IMG/VR virus record: IMGVR_UViG_3300013000_000010
Location: 23,160-87,159 of that record
Strand: one strand, 5' to 3'
DNA: 64,000 nt
Origin: a virus
Below are positions 15,230 to 25,742 of the stretch, piece by piece. A program made the translations under genes and the position numbers. Every line of letters starts with the position of its first letter. Within the stretch, counting starts at the first letter, position 1. The notes beneath the pieces are model-generated. The model ran no database searches. It was not told the origin of the DNA and saw nothing but the letters and a program-made list of their open reading frames with translations.

Positions 15230-18200
15230 TTATGCGTTTACAATATCGTTGCGTAGCGCATCGAGATCGTGGGAGGAAGGGATAAGCCAGGCGGCTTGTG
15301 TGAACTCGTTTCCGGCTACCGGATCTTCTTCAAAATTCCAGAATTTCGCGCCGTACTTCTCTTTGATGAGATCACGCACCGCTTTGCGCTTAAGCACCGG
15401 CTTATCACTGGTGTCCGTCAGGACATAAGCGCCACCAGCCGGGAAGTCGATTTTAAAGGTGCGGTTCTTCCACTTGCGCGAAGCCACCAGCTCCTGCTCG
15501 TTTGTCATGACCTGGAAGCCATCGGACTGCTTCTCTGCCTGAACGGTACGCACGGTCGTTGCCGCGGCCGCCGCGAGTCTGTTGGCTTCTTCACGGCGGG
15601 CCTCCACAACGTCAGGCGACAGCTTGCCGGTTATCAGCGCTTTATAATCGTCCCACGTCGTCGCGTACTCGCGGTAATCGCCTTTTTCCATTCGATCCAG
15701 CCACAGATAAACCATCGTTAGCTGCCGCTTAATAGCGCTGGATGAGGCGAACGTTTCGACGTTGATTCCGGCGTCATCGAGCGCACTCAGTGCAACGCCG
15801 GCGCGCAGATAAATTGCTGCCGGTGACTCCGTTACGGTTGCTGCCCGGTCAACGTCACTGTAAGCATCAAACTTAGACTTCACCAGCAGCACGGCAATAC
15901 CGGCCTGGCTATCACTCTCGCTCATCTGGCGGAACTGCTGCAGCGCGGCGGCGGCATACTGTTCTGTCAGTGATTTGACAGCCTGCACCTTGCCGTCGGC
16001 CATCTCGTTACGCAGTTGTTCGAATATTGCTTCGTACTCATGACGGTTAGAGAAGCCCTCCATGCCGTTACGGAACTGACGAAGGCTGATAACGTTGCTC
16101 CAGTAGTAACGGTCCTGCGCCGAACCCAGGAAGGCAGCATGAGCCTCTTCATCATTCGCGCCGGTCACTGACCGCTTTTTGGGGTCATTCGCTTCGAACT
16201 CGGCCACTAGTCTGTTAAAGACTTTAACCACGTCCGCCATGCCCGCCTGCTTCCCGTAAGCCTGCAATGCTGTGTCGTAGTTACGGCCAAACATTGCCTT
16301 AAAGAAGCCCTGCGCGCTGTAGATGTTGTTGTCCACGCTGTACTGATAAAGCTCACGCTTCAACTGCTCATCGGTGTGATCCGGGTACAGCCACGTTTCA
16401 GCCGGTCGCTCTTCGCTGGCGCTGATCGTGCCTCTCAAGTAAGCCAGTTTCAGGCTGCCGTCATTGTCGCGGTAGAGCCATCCGTCGGTGTTCACATTCA
16501 GGACGCCCGCGTGAATGGCCGCGTAGAAGTCAGCACGGCTCAGCGTGTCAGCCAGGTTTACCGGCTCGATGCCCTTCACTGCTGTCTGGAGCGCTTTTGC
16601 CTGGTCACTGGTGATATCCACGCGGTCGCCCACCAGCGCAGACGGCATTTCAGCAAAGCCACCGACATTCGGACCGGTATAGCAGCGCAACGGCTTGTGG
16701 ATCAGCTCAACCTCAACCGTATTTTTCTCCGGGAAGAATTTGCGGATCTGGAATACGCCCTTTTCTTCGCGGTCATCGTTGAGCCAGATTTCATAGGTCG
16801 CGCCAATTCGCACCAGCTGGCCATCGGGCAGTTTCATGTACTGCTCCGGGGCGCGCAGCACGTCCGGATCGACTTCCAGCGCGCCGGACTTAATTGCTCG
16901 TTCCACTTCCCCGCGAGAGCGCTTAATGGTGCTGGCCGCACTTTTAGAGCGCGTCAGCGCTTTGCGTGCGCCGCTCAGCTCCTGCTCCAGCTTCTTCTGC
17001 TTCGCCAGATTTTCACGCAGTGCAGCACGCGCTACGCGGCGATCCTGACCACGCCAGGCATCAGCTGACCGCTTGCCCTCTCTTTCAAGCTCACGGTTAT
17101 AGGCTGCTTCAGCGTCGGTGACGTCCTCGCGCAGGCCATCAATCTCGCCGTTGATCGCATCAAACGCTGCTGACAGCCTGGTAATGTTCTCTTCCAGCAC
17201 TTCAACAGGTGTAGCAGCGGCGACGCTTGCCTTCAGGTAGATATCCAGCGCGGCAGCGGCTTCGCGCTCGGCCTGCTGACGGTCGGCTTCACGCTTCGCT
17301 TTCAGCTGTGCATCGACGCGGGCGCGGCGCTCTTCCGGATTAGCGGCCAGAAGTAGGCTTTGCTCTTCTTTCGACTCCACATCGCCGTTTTTAATGCTGG
17401 ATACGTCGGATTTCATGACGTCGTTGATCCAGTTTTTCTTGCGCTGCAGCGTCTCCAGACGGAACTCGTCAAATGACCCTTTGCCACAGTAGTAATGCAC
17501 GCGCATGGTGTCGCGCTCGGAGCCCACGCGGGCGCCGCGTCCGTTACGCTGGTCGATACTGGCTGGCGTCCAGGGGAGTGTCAGATGGTGCGTATCGGCG
17601 GTGCCTTTATGCAGGTTGATCCCCACTTCGGCCTTTTTGTTGCAGATGATGATTGGCGTGCGGCCTTCGTTGTAGTCGGCGGCGATCCCTTCCATACCGG
17701 CCAGCGAGGCGTCACTCTGCGCGGCCTGATAATCCTCATAGCGCGCCAGATCCTGATAGTACTTATCCCATGCGCCTTCCTTAAAGCTGCCGTCCGCTTT
17801 TTCCACCGGCTCAACCGGTTTCTTCACGGGCTTCAACTTCACGCCAGACGCTTTGCTGACTGTTGTGGCGTTGATGATGCCTATCTGCTGCTCCGCCAGG
17901 CCCAGGGCGCTGGCGATGATGCGGCGCAGCTTGTTGTGCTGGGACTTTTCATCCATGAAAATGATCTGCTTGCCATCTGGCAGGCCTGCCTTCAGGTTTT
18001 CAATCAGCGCGGCATACTTCGGCGGTACCGGGTGCGAGACGTTTTCCATGCTGATACCGGCAGCGGCGATCGCATCCAGTACCTGCTGCTCCAGCGTGTC
18101 GCTCACCATCAGCTCCACGACGCCCCCGCGATTCTTCAGCGTGGTCTTGACTACCTTGCTGGTGCGCGTGTCGGTTAGGCCGGTTTCCGCGTCCTCAGCG

Positions 18201-21200
18201 GTCTCTTCATCATCACCGACAAGCAGCTGGCCACCAGCCTCACCCGGCAGCGAGCGCGCCACCTGTTTCGCCAGCTCTGTGTCCTCTTCACGGAAGCGGA
18301 ACGTGATAGCAGAGCGGTACAGGTCCGGATCGATAACCACCTTATCCATGTCGCGGATAACAGAGAAAATGAAGTCGTCTTCGTTTTGCACAATGGAAAT
18401 ATGACCATCGCCATTGTCCTCTACGATTTCCTTTTGCCCGATACGGCTGGCGCGCAAACGGAGCTCTTCATAAAGCTCTTTCTGGTCCCGCGTCATCGGC
18501 ACGCCAACGGTTTTCTCGTCGAGGCCTGGGATCTTCACGCTGTCTTTCACGTCAGCAGCAGATTTAAGCGTCGTCCAGCGATGGAAGATGCCGCGCAGAC
18601 CATCAAGGTTTTTGAAGCCCACCAGCCCCTGCTTGTCTTCTAGTTCGCCTGAAATCTTCTGGACGGTAACGGTGTCGGTTTCCCCGAATACGCGCACAAA
18701 GTCATCCGGCGTCAGTATCCCCATCGCCTTCCACTCATCCAGCGACACGACGTGTGACAGCATGTTAAAGGCGTCAATCGGGGAGTTAACCAGCGGTGTT
18801 GCGGTCAGCATAACGACGCCGCGGCCGTTGTACTTCCTCATCATGTACTGGCTTTTCACGGCCATATCGCGGGCAATCTTGGAGACGGACGGATTAGGCA
18901 GGTAGGCCAGCTGGCCCGCTTCACGTCCGGCGCTGTGCGAGTTGCGGTAGTTATGCCCTTCGTCTGCGATCACGCTGTCAAAGTGCATATCCTCAAAGTA
19001 AGGGATCTGACTCTTTTTCTTCGTGCCGGTATCGGCGGCTTTGTCGCGGAGTTTGTTACGGGACGTGGCGGCGCGGTGCGTGGACTTCATCAGATCCGTG
19101 CGGCCATTCTCAATCTGGTTAAAGACTGCCTGACTGGAGTTTTCCTCAATCGTCTCCGGACGCATCGGAATATCGCCAAACTGCTCTTTGGTCATTATCA
19201 CGGCGCGGTAGTTGGAGACCGGGATCATGTTCATGCGCTCAAGCACGGTTGCGGCTGCGGACTCTTTCACCACGTTACGCATTACCGGCTGGCCGTCTTT
19301 GTCCAGTTTCGGCTCGTTGTTCTCGTCGCGCTCCTGGGCCTGCATGATCTGGCCATCTTCGCCGCGCACTTCATCCAGGCCGACAAACAGCATGTTCTGG
19401 AAGGCTTCGGCACTGTAGAAACTCTGTGCTTCGTGATACCAGTTCTGGAGGACGGCTTTCGGTACGACGTAGACGGTTCGCTTACTGCGCCCCACCTCGT
19501 AGTTATAGGCTTCCAGCGCCAGCGCCGTGGTGGTTTTACCCAGACCCGTGCCAAAGCCCATGATGCCGCGGCCGTCTTCCGACAGGCGCCGGACTTCCGC
19601 ATTCTGATAGCTCAGAGGAATACGTTTGCCGCTGATCTGCTTCAGCTGCAGCGAGGCAGACGAGTGCTCAAACGGAACGTAGCCGTTAAAGGCGTCGTTG
19701 TAGTCGCTGACGACGGTTTCCACATCCGGGTGCGTGCGCAGCCAGTCGTTGAAATGTGACTCCAGATCGCTGATGCGCTTCAGGTACGCATTGGCATTTA
19801 CCCCGCGTGGCTTCACGCCATTCAGGTAGTTTTCCAGCTGATTGTAGAAGCCGTCTTTGTAGCTGGCGCGCTTGAACTCGGTCACGCCGCCTTTGCTGGT
19901 GACAGAGCGAACCTGGTAGCCAGAGAAAACGCCGTCTTTGCCTGCGTAATTGTCTTCTGCGGTCAGATAACCGTTGTCGTTTTCCAGGTCCTGCGTGTAT
20001 TTGAAGTCATCAAAGCCCTGCTCGATCAGAAACTCTTTGATCAGGCGGCGGTCCAGCCAGCGGGCATTGAGGTTAACCGTAATGTCTTCGATCGGCGTGT
20101 GCTTGCGCTTCTCGTTAATGGCTTCCAGCTGGCGGACATAGTTCGCCTTTACCGGGCCATCCGGCGCGTCATCAATCAGCCCCGCCAGGCGGGAGACTTT
20201 GCCGCGCACGTTCCCGCTGGTGGCGCGGGCCAGTGGCATGATGTTGCCGTTGCCATCGAGGGCGATCTCCGGGAAGGTCGCCAGGTGCGCCAGCAGCGCG
20301 TCGTCATCCTCCGGCAGCTGGCCGGTAAACGCGGCGCGGAAGGCGGCCAGTGCAACCGGAACCAGATCAACGTCGCTGAAAAGATGTGATACCACCTGCT
20401 CCGGGCTGGCGAAATCAACTGCCACAGCCTCGCTACGGTCGATGGTGCCGTTCAGCAGCGCCGACAGATCGCCTTCACGGCTGACGTTGGCCTGAAAACT
20501 CAGCCAGCCCTTTGCGCTGGCGTCAGACAGCCCCGCCAGTTTCAGGCCTTTCGGCGTGCCGTACTGGCCCACCTCTTCGCTCACCAGGCGGGCAGCGTCG
20601 GCAATGATGCCGCTGGCGTCGCCGCCCAGCATCTGCGTATTCAGCGCGTCATTGATGCGCAGACCGATAATCGAGGCACGCATAACGCGCCATCGGTGGC
20701 CGGGCTTCTGCTGCATAGCGAAACGGATCGCGGCGTGAATGCGATCGTCAAACAGCTGCGGGTATTCCATGCTGGCGGCATACAGGGCGCGGCTGTCCAG
20801 CGACAGCATGCCGTTGATGGTGCGCGTTTTTGTCTGCAGGTCGCCAAACGTCGCCGCGCCGAACCGCTCCGCGTCGATTCCGCTCGATGCGGTGGTGGCG
20901 TCTTTGATAAAACGGGTGCCGTCATAGGTGTGCCAGACGCCAGCCATAAGGCGCTTATCACCTTCAACCGGCGACTGCCAGACAGCGGCAGGCGTACCCA
21001 GCCGATCCCAGTCGATACGGCTATCAAAGCGGCGCGACAGCGCGGCCTTCATTGCCGCATTGGTCAGCTGGCCATCTTTCTTCACGACCAGGATGTTATT
21101 GAAGTCAGATCGCTCAGTTTCACCGTGAACAAAGCGACGGCCTTCGGTTTCGAACCATTTGCCCCGGATGAACGTTGGCCATAGCACGCTTGCCGCCTCA

Positions 21201-22099
21201 AGCGACTGTTCATCGCTATCATGCACCAGCTGCGTCAGCGCTTCGGTATGCTTTCGCAGTACCCACACATCCACCACCGTTGCGGTACCGCTTTCGGCAA
21301 ACGTGCCGGACGGCATGCGGTGCGCGCCCAGGAACTCCGCCACACGGGAAACGCGATCGCGCAGCTTTTTGTTGTTGCCGCCGCCGTCGGTCATGCCGTT
21401 CGGCACCACCAGCACCACCAGCCCGCCATACTTCACCTTGTCGATGGTGCGCATCACAAAGTAGTGGCCGACGTTAGTTTCATCGCGGTAAGCGGGATCG
21501 AGCTCGGCAAAGCCAGTGCGCGAGTCGCCAAACGGCACATTGCCTACGGCATGGTCATAGCTGTTATCCGGCACTGATGCCGCCAGCTTCTCAAACGCGC
21601 CCAGGCGAACATCGTCCTCCGGGTGCAGCAGTTGGTTAATGCGTCCCGACGTGTCCGAAATCTCGGCCGACGTCATCATGGCGCCAGCCGGTTTTGTCTC
21701 CTGAAAAACGCCAGTACCGGCAGACGGCTCCAGCATGTGACCGCTGGTAATACCGTAATCGGAAAACAGATCCCAGATACCTTCCGCCATGAATGGCGGT
21801 GTGTAGTACTCATACTGACTGCCGCCGCTGCCTTCCAGACCGCCCTCGCCGCTGTAGCCCGCCAGCACCCGGCGCTGATCGTCGGTCAGTTTATTGCCGT
21901 CGAAGCCCTGGGGCAGTGAGTTAAGCAGCGCGATCGCATTGTCGTTTGCATTCCGGCGCTCACGCTGCAGGCTCACGCCTTCACGCTTGGTCACGCCAAA
22001 CGCTACTACGGTTCGCTGTTTGTGCAGGCGCATGACCAGCCGGATCAGTTCCTCAACCGATCCCGCCTCCTGCACAGCCCTGTTTACTGGATTTTCCAC
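15230..22099 (-). CDS. darB: DarB, virion anti-restriction protein (N6-MTase plus SNF2 helicase)
   Basis: 2289 aa; LEPSAGTG and GNVPF methylase motifs; GTGLGKT, DEGH, TATP helicase motifs. Confidence 0.95.
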   Translation of the reverse strand: MENPVNRAVQEAGSVEELIRLVMRLHKQRTVVAFGVTKREGVSLQRERRNANDNAIALLNSLPQGFDGNKLTDDQRRVLAGYSGEGGLEGSGGSQYEYYTPPFMAEGIWDLFSDYGITSGHMLEPSAGTGVFQETKPAGAMMTSAEISDTSGRINQLLHPEDDVRLGAFEKLAASVPDNSYDHAVGNVPFGDSRTGFAELDPAYRDETNVGHYFVMRTIDKVKYGGLVVLVVPNGMTDGGGNNKKLRDRVSRVAEFLGAHRMPSGTFAESGTATVVDVWVLRKHTEALTQLVHDSDEQSLEAASVLWPTFIRGKWFETEGRRFVHGETERSDFNNILVVKKDGQLTNAAMKAALSRRFDSRIDWDRLGTPAAVWQSPVEGDKRLMAGVWHTYDGTRFIKDATTASSGIDAERFGAATFGDLQTKTRTINGMLSLDSRALYAASMEYPQLFDDRIHAAIRFAMQQKPGHRWRVMRASIIGLRINDALNTQMLGGDASGIIADAARLVSEEVGQYGTPKGLKLAGLSDASAKGWLSFQANVSREGDLSALLNGTIDRSEAVAVDFASPEQVVSHLFSDVDLVPVALAAFRAAFTGQLPEDDDALLAHLATFPEIALDGNGNIMPLARATSGNVRGKVSRLAGLIDDAPDGPVKANYVRQLEAINEKRKHTPIEDITVNLNARWLDRRLIKEFLIEQGFDDFKYTQDLENDNGYLTAEDNYAGKDGVFSGYQVRSVTSKGGVTEFKRASYKDGFYNQLENYLNGVKPRGVNANAYLKRISDLESHFNDWLRTHPDVETVVSDYNDAFNGYVPFEHSSASLQLKQISGKRIPLSYQNAEVRRLSEDGRGIMGFGTGLGKTTTALALEAYNYEVGRSKRTVYVVPKAVLQNWYHEAQSFYSAEAFQNMLFVGLDEVRGEDGQIMQAQERDENNEPKLDKDGQPVMRNVVKESAAATVLERMNMIPVSNYRAVIMTKEQFGDIPMRPETIEENSSQAVFNQIENGRTDLMKSTHRAATSRNKLRDKAADTGTKKKSQIPYFEDMHFDSVIADEGHNYRNSHSAGREAGQLAYLPNPSVSKIARDMAVKSQYMMRKYNGRGVVMLTATPLVNSPIDAFNMLSHVVSLDEWKAMGILTPDDFVRVFGETDTVTVQKISGELEDKQGLVGFKNLDGLRGIFHRWTTLKSAADVKDSVKIPGLDEKTVGVPMTRDQKELYEELRLRASRIGQKEIVEDNGDGHISIVQNEDDFIFSVIRDMDKVVIDPDLYRSAITFRFREEDTELAKQVARSLPGEAGGQLLVGDDEETAEDAETGLTDTRTSKVVKTTLKNRGGVVELMVSDTLEQQVLDAIAAAGISMENVSHPVPPKYAALIENLKAGLPDGKQIIFMDEKSQHNKLRRIIASALGLAEQQIGIINATTVSKASGVKLKPVKKPVEPVEKADGSFKEGAWDKYYQDLARYEDYQAAQSDASLAGMEGIAADYNEGRTPIIICNKKAEVGINLHKGTADTHHLTLPWTPASIDQRNGRGARVGSERDTMRVHYYCGKGSFDEFRLETLQRKKNWINDVMKSDVSSIKNGDVESKEEQSLLLAANPEERRARVDAQLKAKREADRQQAEREAAAALDIYLKASVAAATPVEVLEENITRLSAAFDAINGEIDGLREDVTDAEAAYNRELEREGKRSADAWRGQDRRVARAALRENLAKQKKLEQELSGARKALTRSKSAASTIKRSRGEVERAIKSGALEVDPDVLRAPEQYMKLPDGQLVRIGATYEIWLNDDREEKGVFQIRKFFPEKNTVEVELIHKPLRCYTGPNVGGFAEMPSALVGDRVDITSDQAKALQTAVKGIEPVNLADTLSRADFYAAIHAGVLNVNTDGWLYRDNDGSLKLAYLRGTISASEERPAETWLYPDHTDEQLKRELYQYSVDNNIYSAQGFFKAMFGRNYDTALQAYGKQAGMADVVKVFNRLVAEFEANDPKKRSVTGANDEEAHAAFLGSAQDRYYWSNVISLRQFRNGMEGFSNRHEYEAIFEQLRNEMADGKVQAVKSLTEQYAAAALQQFRQMSESDSQAGIAVLLVKSKFDAYSDVDRAATVTESPAAIYLRAGVALSALDDAGINVETFASSSAIKRQLTMVYLWLDRMEKGDYREYATTWDDYKALITGKLSPDVVEARREEANRLAAAAATTVRTVQAEKQSDGFQVMTNEQELVASRKWKNRTFKIDFPAGGAYVLTDTSDKPVLKRKAVRDLIKEKYGAKFWNFEEDPVAGNEFTQAAWLIPSSHDLDALRNDIVNA

Positions 22100-22178
22100 T
22101 GTGTAACTTTTCCTCAGATTGCATAAAGCGAATATGCTTTATCTGATTCTAAAGGTTTATTAAATAGGGCGTATAACT

Positions 22179-23876
22179 TTGGCTACTAAAAATAAGGCAC
22201 TGTCTGTTTTAAGCGCATTGAGGCAGGCATTCCGGGGCGCGGCAGCAGAAGCACCACAAAGCCTCGCATGGACCAACGGACAGAACGTGGTCGTCTCGCG
22301 CTCCGGGCTGGCGGCAATGGCCTACAAAGAGGGAAATGCGGGGGAAATGACTTCCGCCGGCGACAGTCTTTTCCTGGGCGCGGAGCTGCCGCTGGACAGG
22401 CTGCAGCGCTATGCGATTCTGGAAGAAATGGCGAATAGCCCAACGTGCTCAGCCGCTCTGAATATCCACATTGGCCACGCACTCGCGCCGGACAAAAAAA
22501 CCGGGCTGGCGTTCTCTATTGTGCCGGTTGACCCGTCCGACGCAGAAGGCGCGGCGCGGGCCAAAGAGCTACAGGATGATTTGGGCGCGATGATTAACCG
22601 ACACCTGCCGTCGCTGGCTATGACAATGGCGATTTTCGGCGTGTCCTATGTGCGCCCTTATGCCCGCTCAGGGAAAGGGATCACCAGCCTGGAAAATAGC
22701 TATTACTCGTTGCCCTACTTCATTCAGGAGTTTTACAAAGGCGATCAGCTGGTGGGCTTCGGCGGGGACTATGTGCTTTCGCCAGACACCCATACCCGCA
22801 CACTATCTACGCCGTGGTCTCTGGTCCCGATGAAAAATCCGTACTGGACCCCGACGCGCAACGTTCAGCCCGTGACGTCCGGCAATCGTGGTTACTCTCT
22901 GCTATCAGAGGAAGAGGACAAGGAGGTTGCGGAGACGCAGAATTACGGCACCAGCTTCCTGGCGCATGCCTATGAGCCTTTCCTGAATCTGGTCGGCGCG
23001 CTGAATGCGCTGAAGGCAACGCGCTACAACGCCGCCAAAATTGACCGCCTGATTGCCCTGACAACCAACTCACTCGATCCGGTTGTCGGTGCGAACTACA
23101 CCCGCACTGTGTCGCAGACGCTCAAGCGCCACGGCGAAGCACTCCAGAAAAAAGCGGTTAACGGCAACACTATGCCAACCGTGATGAACCATGTGATCCC
23201 GGTGATGGGAGACGGTAAAAACGGCATTACGATCGACACGCAGTCGATACCCGCGGACATTACCGGCATTGAGGACGTGATGTTTCACCTGCGCCAGCTG
23301 TGCGCTGCGCTCGGTATCGACTCGACTATGCTGGGGTGGGCCGATCAGATGGCGGGCGGGCTGGGTGAAGGCGGCTGGATTCAGACGGCTATACAGGCGG
23401 CACTCCGGGCGCAGTGGCTGCGACAGGGCGCGCAGGAAATGATTTACCGGCTGATCGATATTCACCTGGCGTTCAAATACGGCAAGGTTTACCCGGTTAA
23501 GGATCGGCCCTATGTAGTTCAGTTCAACTCGATGAACACCGCCATTCAGGAAGAAGAAAGCCGCGAAATGGACGCCCGCGCCAACTTCATTACCCTGATG
23601 GTGCAGGTCATGGATGCGCTGCAGGCCAACAACAAGCTGGCGGAGAACGACACATTCATGCGCTACCTGTTCAGTGATCAGCTGAAGATGGACGGCGACA
23701 CGCTCGACAAAATGCTGGCGGAGTTTGAGAAGAGCAGGAAGAAAGCGGACGCTCAGGAGGATGAGGGCGGCGGCAGCATGATGAATGAATCTGCTCCTGA
23801 CGGCAGTGATCCGGCCAGCTGGTCCCGTGAAGAACTCATAGCCTTTGCTCGTTTTGTAACCTCACCAGACAAATAA
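22179..23876 (+). CDS. prt: Portal protein
   Basis: 565 aa; divergent from darB and upstream of the protease as in P1. Confidence 0.85.
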   Translation: MATKNKALSVLSALRQAFRGAAAEAPQSLAWTNGQNVVVSRSGLAAMAYKEGNAGEMTSAGDSLFLGAELPLDRLQRYAILEEMANSPTCSAALNIHIGHALAPDKKTGLAFSIVPVDPSDAEGAARAKELQDDLGAMINRHLPSLAMTMAIFGVSYVRPYARSGKGITSLENSYYSLPYFIQEFYKGDQLVGFGGDYVLSPDTHTRTLSTPWSLVPMKNPYWTPTRNVQPVTSGNRGYSLLSEEEDKEVAETQNYGTSFLAHAYEPFLNLVGALNALKATRYNAAKIDRLIALTTNSLDPVVGANYTRTVSQTLKRHGEALQKKAVNGNTMPTVMNHVIPVMGDGKNGITIDTQSIPADITGIEDVMFHLRQLCAALGIDSTMLGWADQMAGGLGEGGWIQTAIQAALRAQWLRQGAQEMIYRLIDIHLAFKYGKVYPVKDRPYVVQFNSMNTAIQEEESREMDARANFITLMVQVMDALQANNKLAENDTFMRYLFSDQLKMDGDTLDKMLAEFEKSRKKADAQEDEGGGSMMNESAPDGSDPASWSREELIAFARFVTSPDK

Positions 23877-23939
23877 AGTCAGGCTGAATATTATTCATAG
23901 CCGCACATGAGCTGATCCTGCGCGGCTAATCCAACCTTC

Positions 23940-24197
23940 TCAGTGCAGAAGCGAAATAACCTGCCAGTCGGCTGACAAAATATCTTCAGGTGTTGGATCA
24001 TAAATTGATAACGCGCCGGACTCGCCCATGAATATAAATTGCATCTGGCTGTCTGAGTCGGCCTGCGTAAATACGTGAATAGGTTTATCACCCCATTTGG
24101 CACGGCGACAGATGCTACTGTCTGTCTGGCTTATGGCAAGCATGGCATTGGCGAACCTAAGCACTGCCTGGGACGGCGTATAAGGGATATCAGGCAT
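23940..24197 (-). CDS. Stand-alone Tad2/DUF2829-like protein (85 aa; start at 24197)
   Basis: CRRAKWGDKPIHVF ... YDPTPEDILSADWQV; GAGGAG RBS 6 nt before ATG. Confidence 0.7.
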   Translation of the reverse strand: MPDIPYTPSQAVLRFANAMLAISQTDSSICRRAKWGDKPIHVFTQADSDSQMQFIFMGESGALSIYDPTPEDILSADWQVISLLH

Positions 24198-24330
24198 GGA
24201 GTGCTCCTCGTACAAAAGGAAGCGTCACTACGGGAGGTTCCAATCTCCGGGTGGTGACGTTGACAGGGTTGGAACTACCGGCGTACGAGGAGACCGGCCT
24301 ACCCGAAGGTAGCCCCGCCAACGCCACCAT
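24190..24330 (-). CDS. Ash/Icd-family leader peptide (46 aa)
   Basis: MVALAGLPSGRPVSSYAGSSNPVNVTTRRLEPPVVTLPFVRGALHA; stop overlaps the next start (ATGCCTGA). Confidence 0.7.
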   Translation of the reverse strand: MVALAGLPSGRPVSSYAGSSNPVNVTTRRLEPPVVTLPFVRGALHA

Positions 24331-24434
24331 TGAAACATCTGGCAAACTCCAGACGTGGTAGCGCCGGAGGCACTAAGTGCCTCCTCGTACATTCGTTCGG
24401 GGTTCCAATCCCGACCACTGTTTTACAGTGGCGC
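24320..24434 (-). ncRNA. C4/CI-type antisense RNA
   Basis: Multi-branch fold with CGGG-ATTGGAAC-CCCG loop and GTACGAGGAG, complementary to downstream CTCCTCGTAC (24283-24292) and GTTCCAACCC (24266-24275). Confidence 0.75.
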
Positions 24435-24438
24435 GCAC

Positions 24439-24466
24439 ACTATATCCCCGGCGCGGATAAATTCAA
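24439..24466 (-). promoter_or_regulatory. Promoter of the C4-ash-tad2 cassette
   Basis: TTGAAT-16 bp-TATAGT. Confidence 0.6.
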
Positions 24467-24533
24467 TATTTCTAATATGAAATTATCCACTGGTTATTAG
24501 ATCCACTGATAATCGAAGAATCGCTACCCCGAT

Positions 24534-24552
24534 AAATTACAACCTCCCTACC
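24534..24552 (+). promoter_or_regulatory. Late-promoter motif upstream of pro
   Basis: AAATTACAACCTCCCTACC. Confidence 0.65.
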
Positions 24553-24624
24553 ATCTTTTCACGCTGGCTATCGCCAGCGCTGCCGCCGCTCTGCGGGGCA
24601 TAACCCTGTGAATATGAGGTATTT

Positions 24625-25626
24625 ATGGAAGCACTCCGTACGGTGACGGATCGTTTTTCATTGATTGATAAAATTCGTCGATTTACTCCACAGAATGATC
24701 GCAACTACCTGCTGCGCTCTGTCCGCGAGACGTTCGCCAGCCTCGAAACTCTGGAGAGAATCCAGCTGGGGGAAATGTTCGGATATTACGGCCACGGACG
24801 TCGCGCCGCCTATTACGCTAAGACCGGGCGGCTCAATCTGCCGGAATTTGCGGTTGTCATGGTTGATGGGAAACCGGTGACGCTGGAAAACGTACCGTCT
24901 AACCGTACGCTGGATGTCAGCGTGGACGATAACGGCATTGTGACTCACGTTCAGGAGATTCTGGACACTGAACCTGGCAACATCGTTGACGGCATGAACC
25001 GTTCCCGCGCTGGTGGCTGGTCGTGGGCGACAGGTGGTGATGATAACGCCATTTCCAAAGTGACCAGTTTCCACGGCTTCGATTATGTGACCAATCCGAA
25101 CTACATCAGTCAGGATCACCCTGCTCTGCTGCTGGAGTCGGCCAGCGAACGCGCTGACGCTATGCACGCGGGCCTTATTGAAAAGGGGTATTCGGAGAAC
25201 CAGACGGCCGACATTATCCAGCATTTTGAAACCCTGCGCGGCCAGGCGGCAATGCTGGAGTCTGCGGATTCTTCGCTGATGGAATCTGCGCTTCACATCG
25301 AGCATGGAAAGCGTTTGGAGCTGGAGGAACGTCTGCGCAACGCGCAGCTGATGATCGAGAGTGCAGGTACTGTTGCAAAGGCGCGCCGCCGGATTATGAA
25401 GGATGCGCTGGCTAACATGCCGCTGTTTTTAAGTAAAGCCCAGCAGGCGGCACTATGCCGGATGGACACGCCGGAAGATGCGCAGATCGTCGCGGCAATG
25501 CTGGAATCAATCGGTACAAATGCGACGGCCACGCTGCCGATCGGAACCGCCCACCAGCACGCATTACCAGAGACGCGCCCGCCAGCCGTAGACTCAGCAC
25601 CGCTGCTGTGGATTAACACACGATAA
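24625..25626 (+). CDS. pro: Prohead protease
   Basis: 333 aa; YYGHG and GGWSWA catalytic-like motifs; repeated MLES processing motifs. Confidence 0.85.
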   Translation: MEALRTVTDRFSLIDKIRRFTPQNDRNYLLRSVRETFASLETLERIQLGEMFGYYGHGRRAAYYAKTGRLNLPEFAVVMVDGKPVTLENVPSNRTLDVSVDDNGIVTHVQEILDTEPGNIVDGMNRSRAGGWSWATGGDDNAISKVTSFHGFDYVTNPNYISQDHPALLLESASERADAMHAGLIEKGYSENQTADIIQHFETLRGQAAMLESADSSLMESALHIEHGKRLELEERLRNAQLMIESAGTVAKARRRIMKDALANMPLFLSKAQQAALCRMDTPEDAQIVAAMLESIGTNATATLPIGTAHQHALPETRPPAVDSAPLLWINTR

Positions 25627-25639
25627 GAAGGGAAAAAGA

Positions 25640-25669
25640 AATCGTGCCCTGAAACTGGGGGCACGTTTT
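25640..25669 (+). terminator. Terminator after pro
   Basis: CGTGCCC...GGGCACG-TTTT. Confidence 0.6.
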
Positions 25670-25702
25670 AGTCATAACTAAAAATTAGGAAAAAACTGAG
25701 TG

Positions 25703-25731
25703 TTGATCCTTTGTCGGATCGCGTTTATCAT
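25703..25731 (+). promoter_or_regulatory. repL promoter containing two GATC sites
   Basis: TTGATC-17 bp-TATCAT; GATC in the -35 and in the spacer. Confidence 0.55.
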
Positions 25732-25742
25732 CCGGCCTCAAA

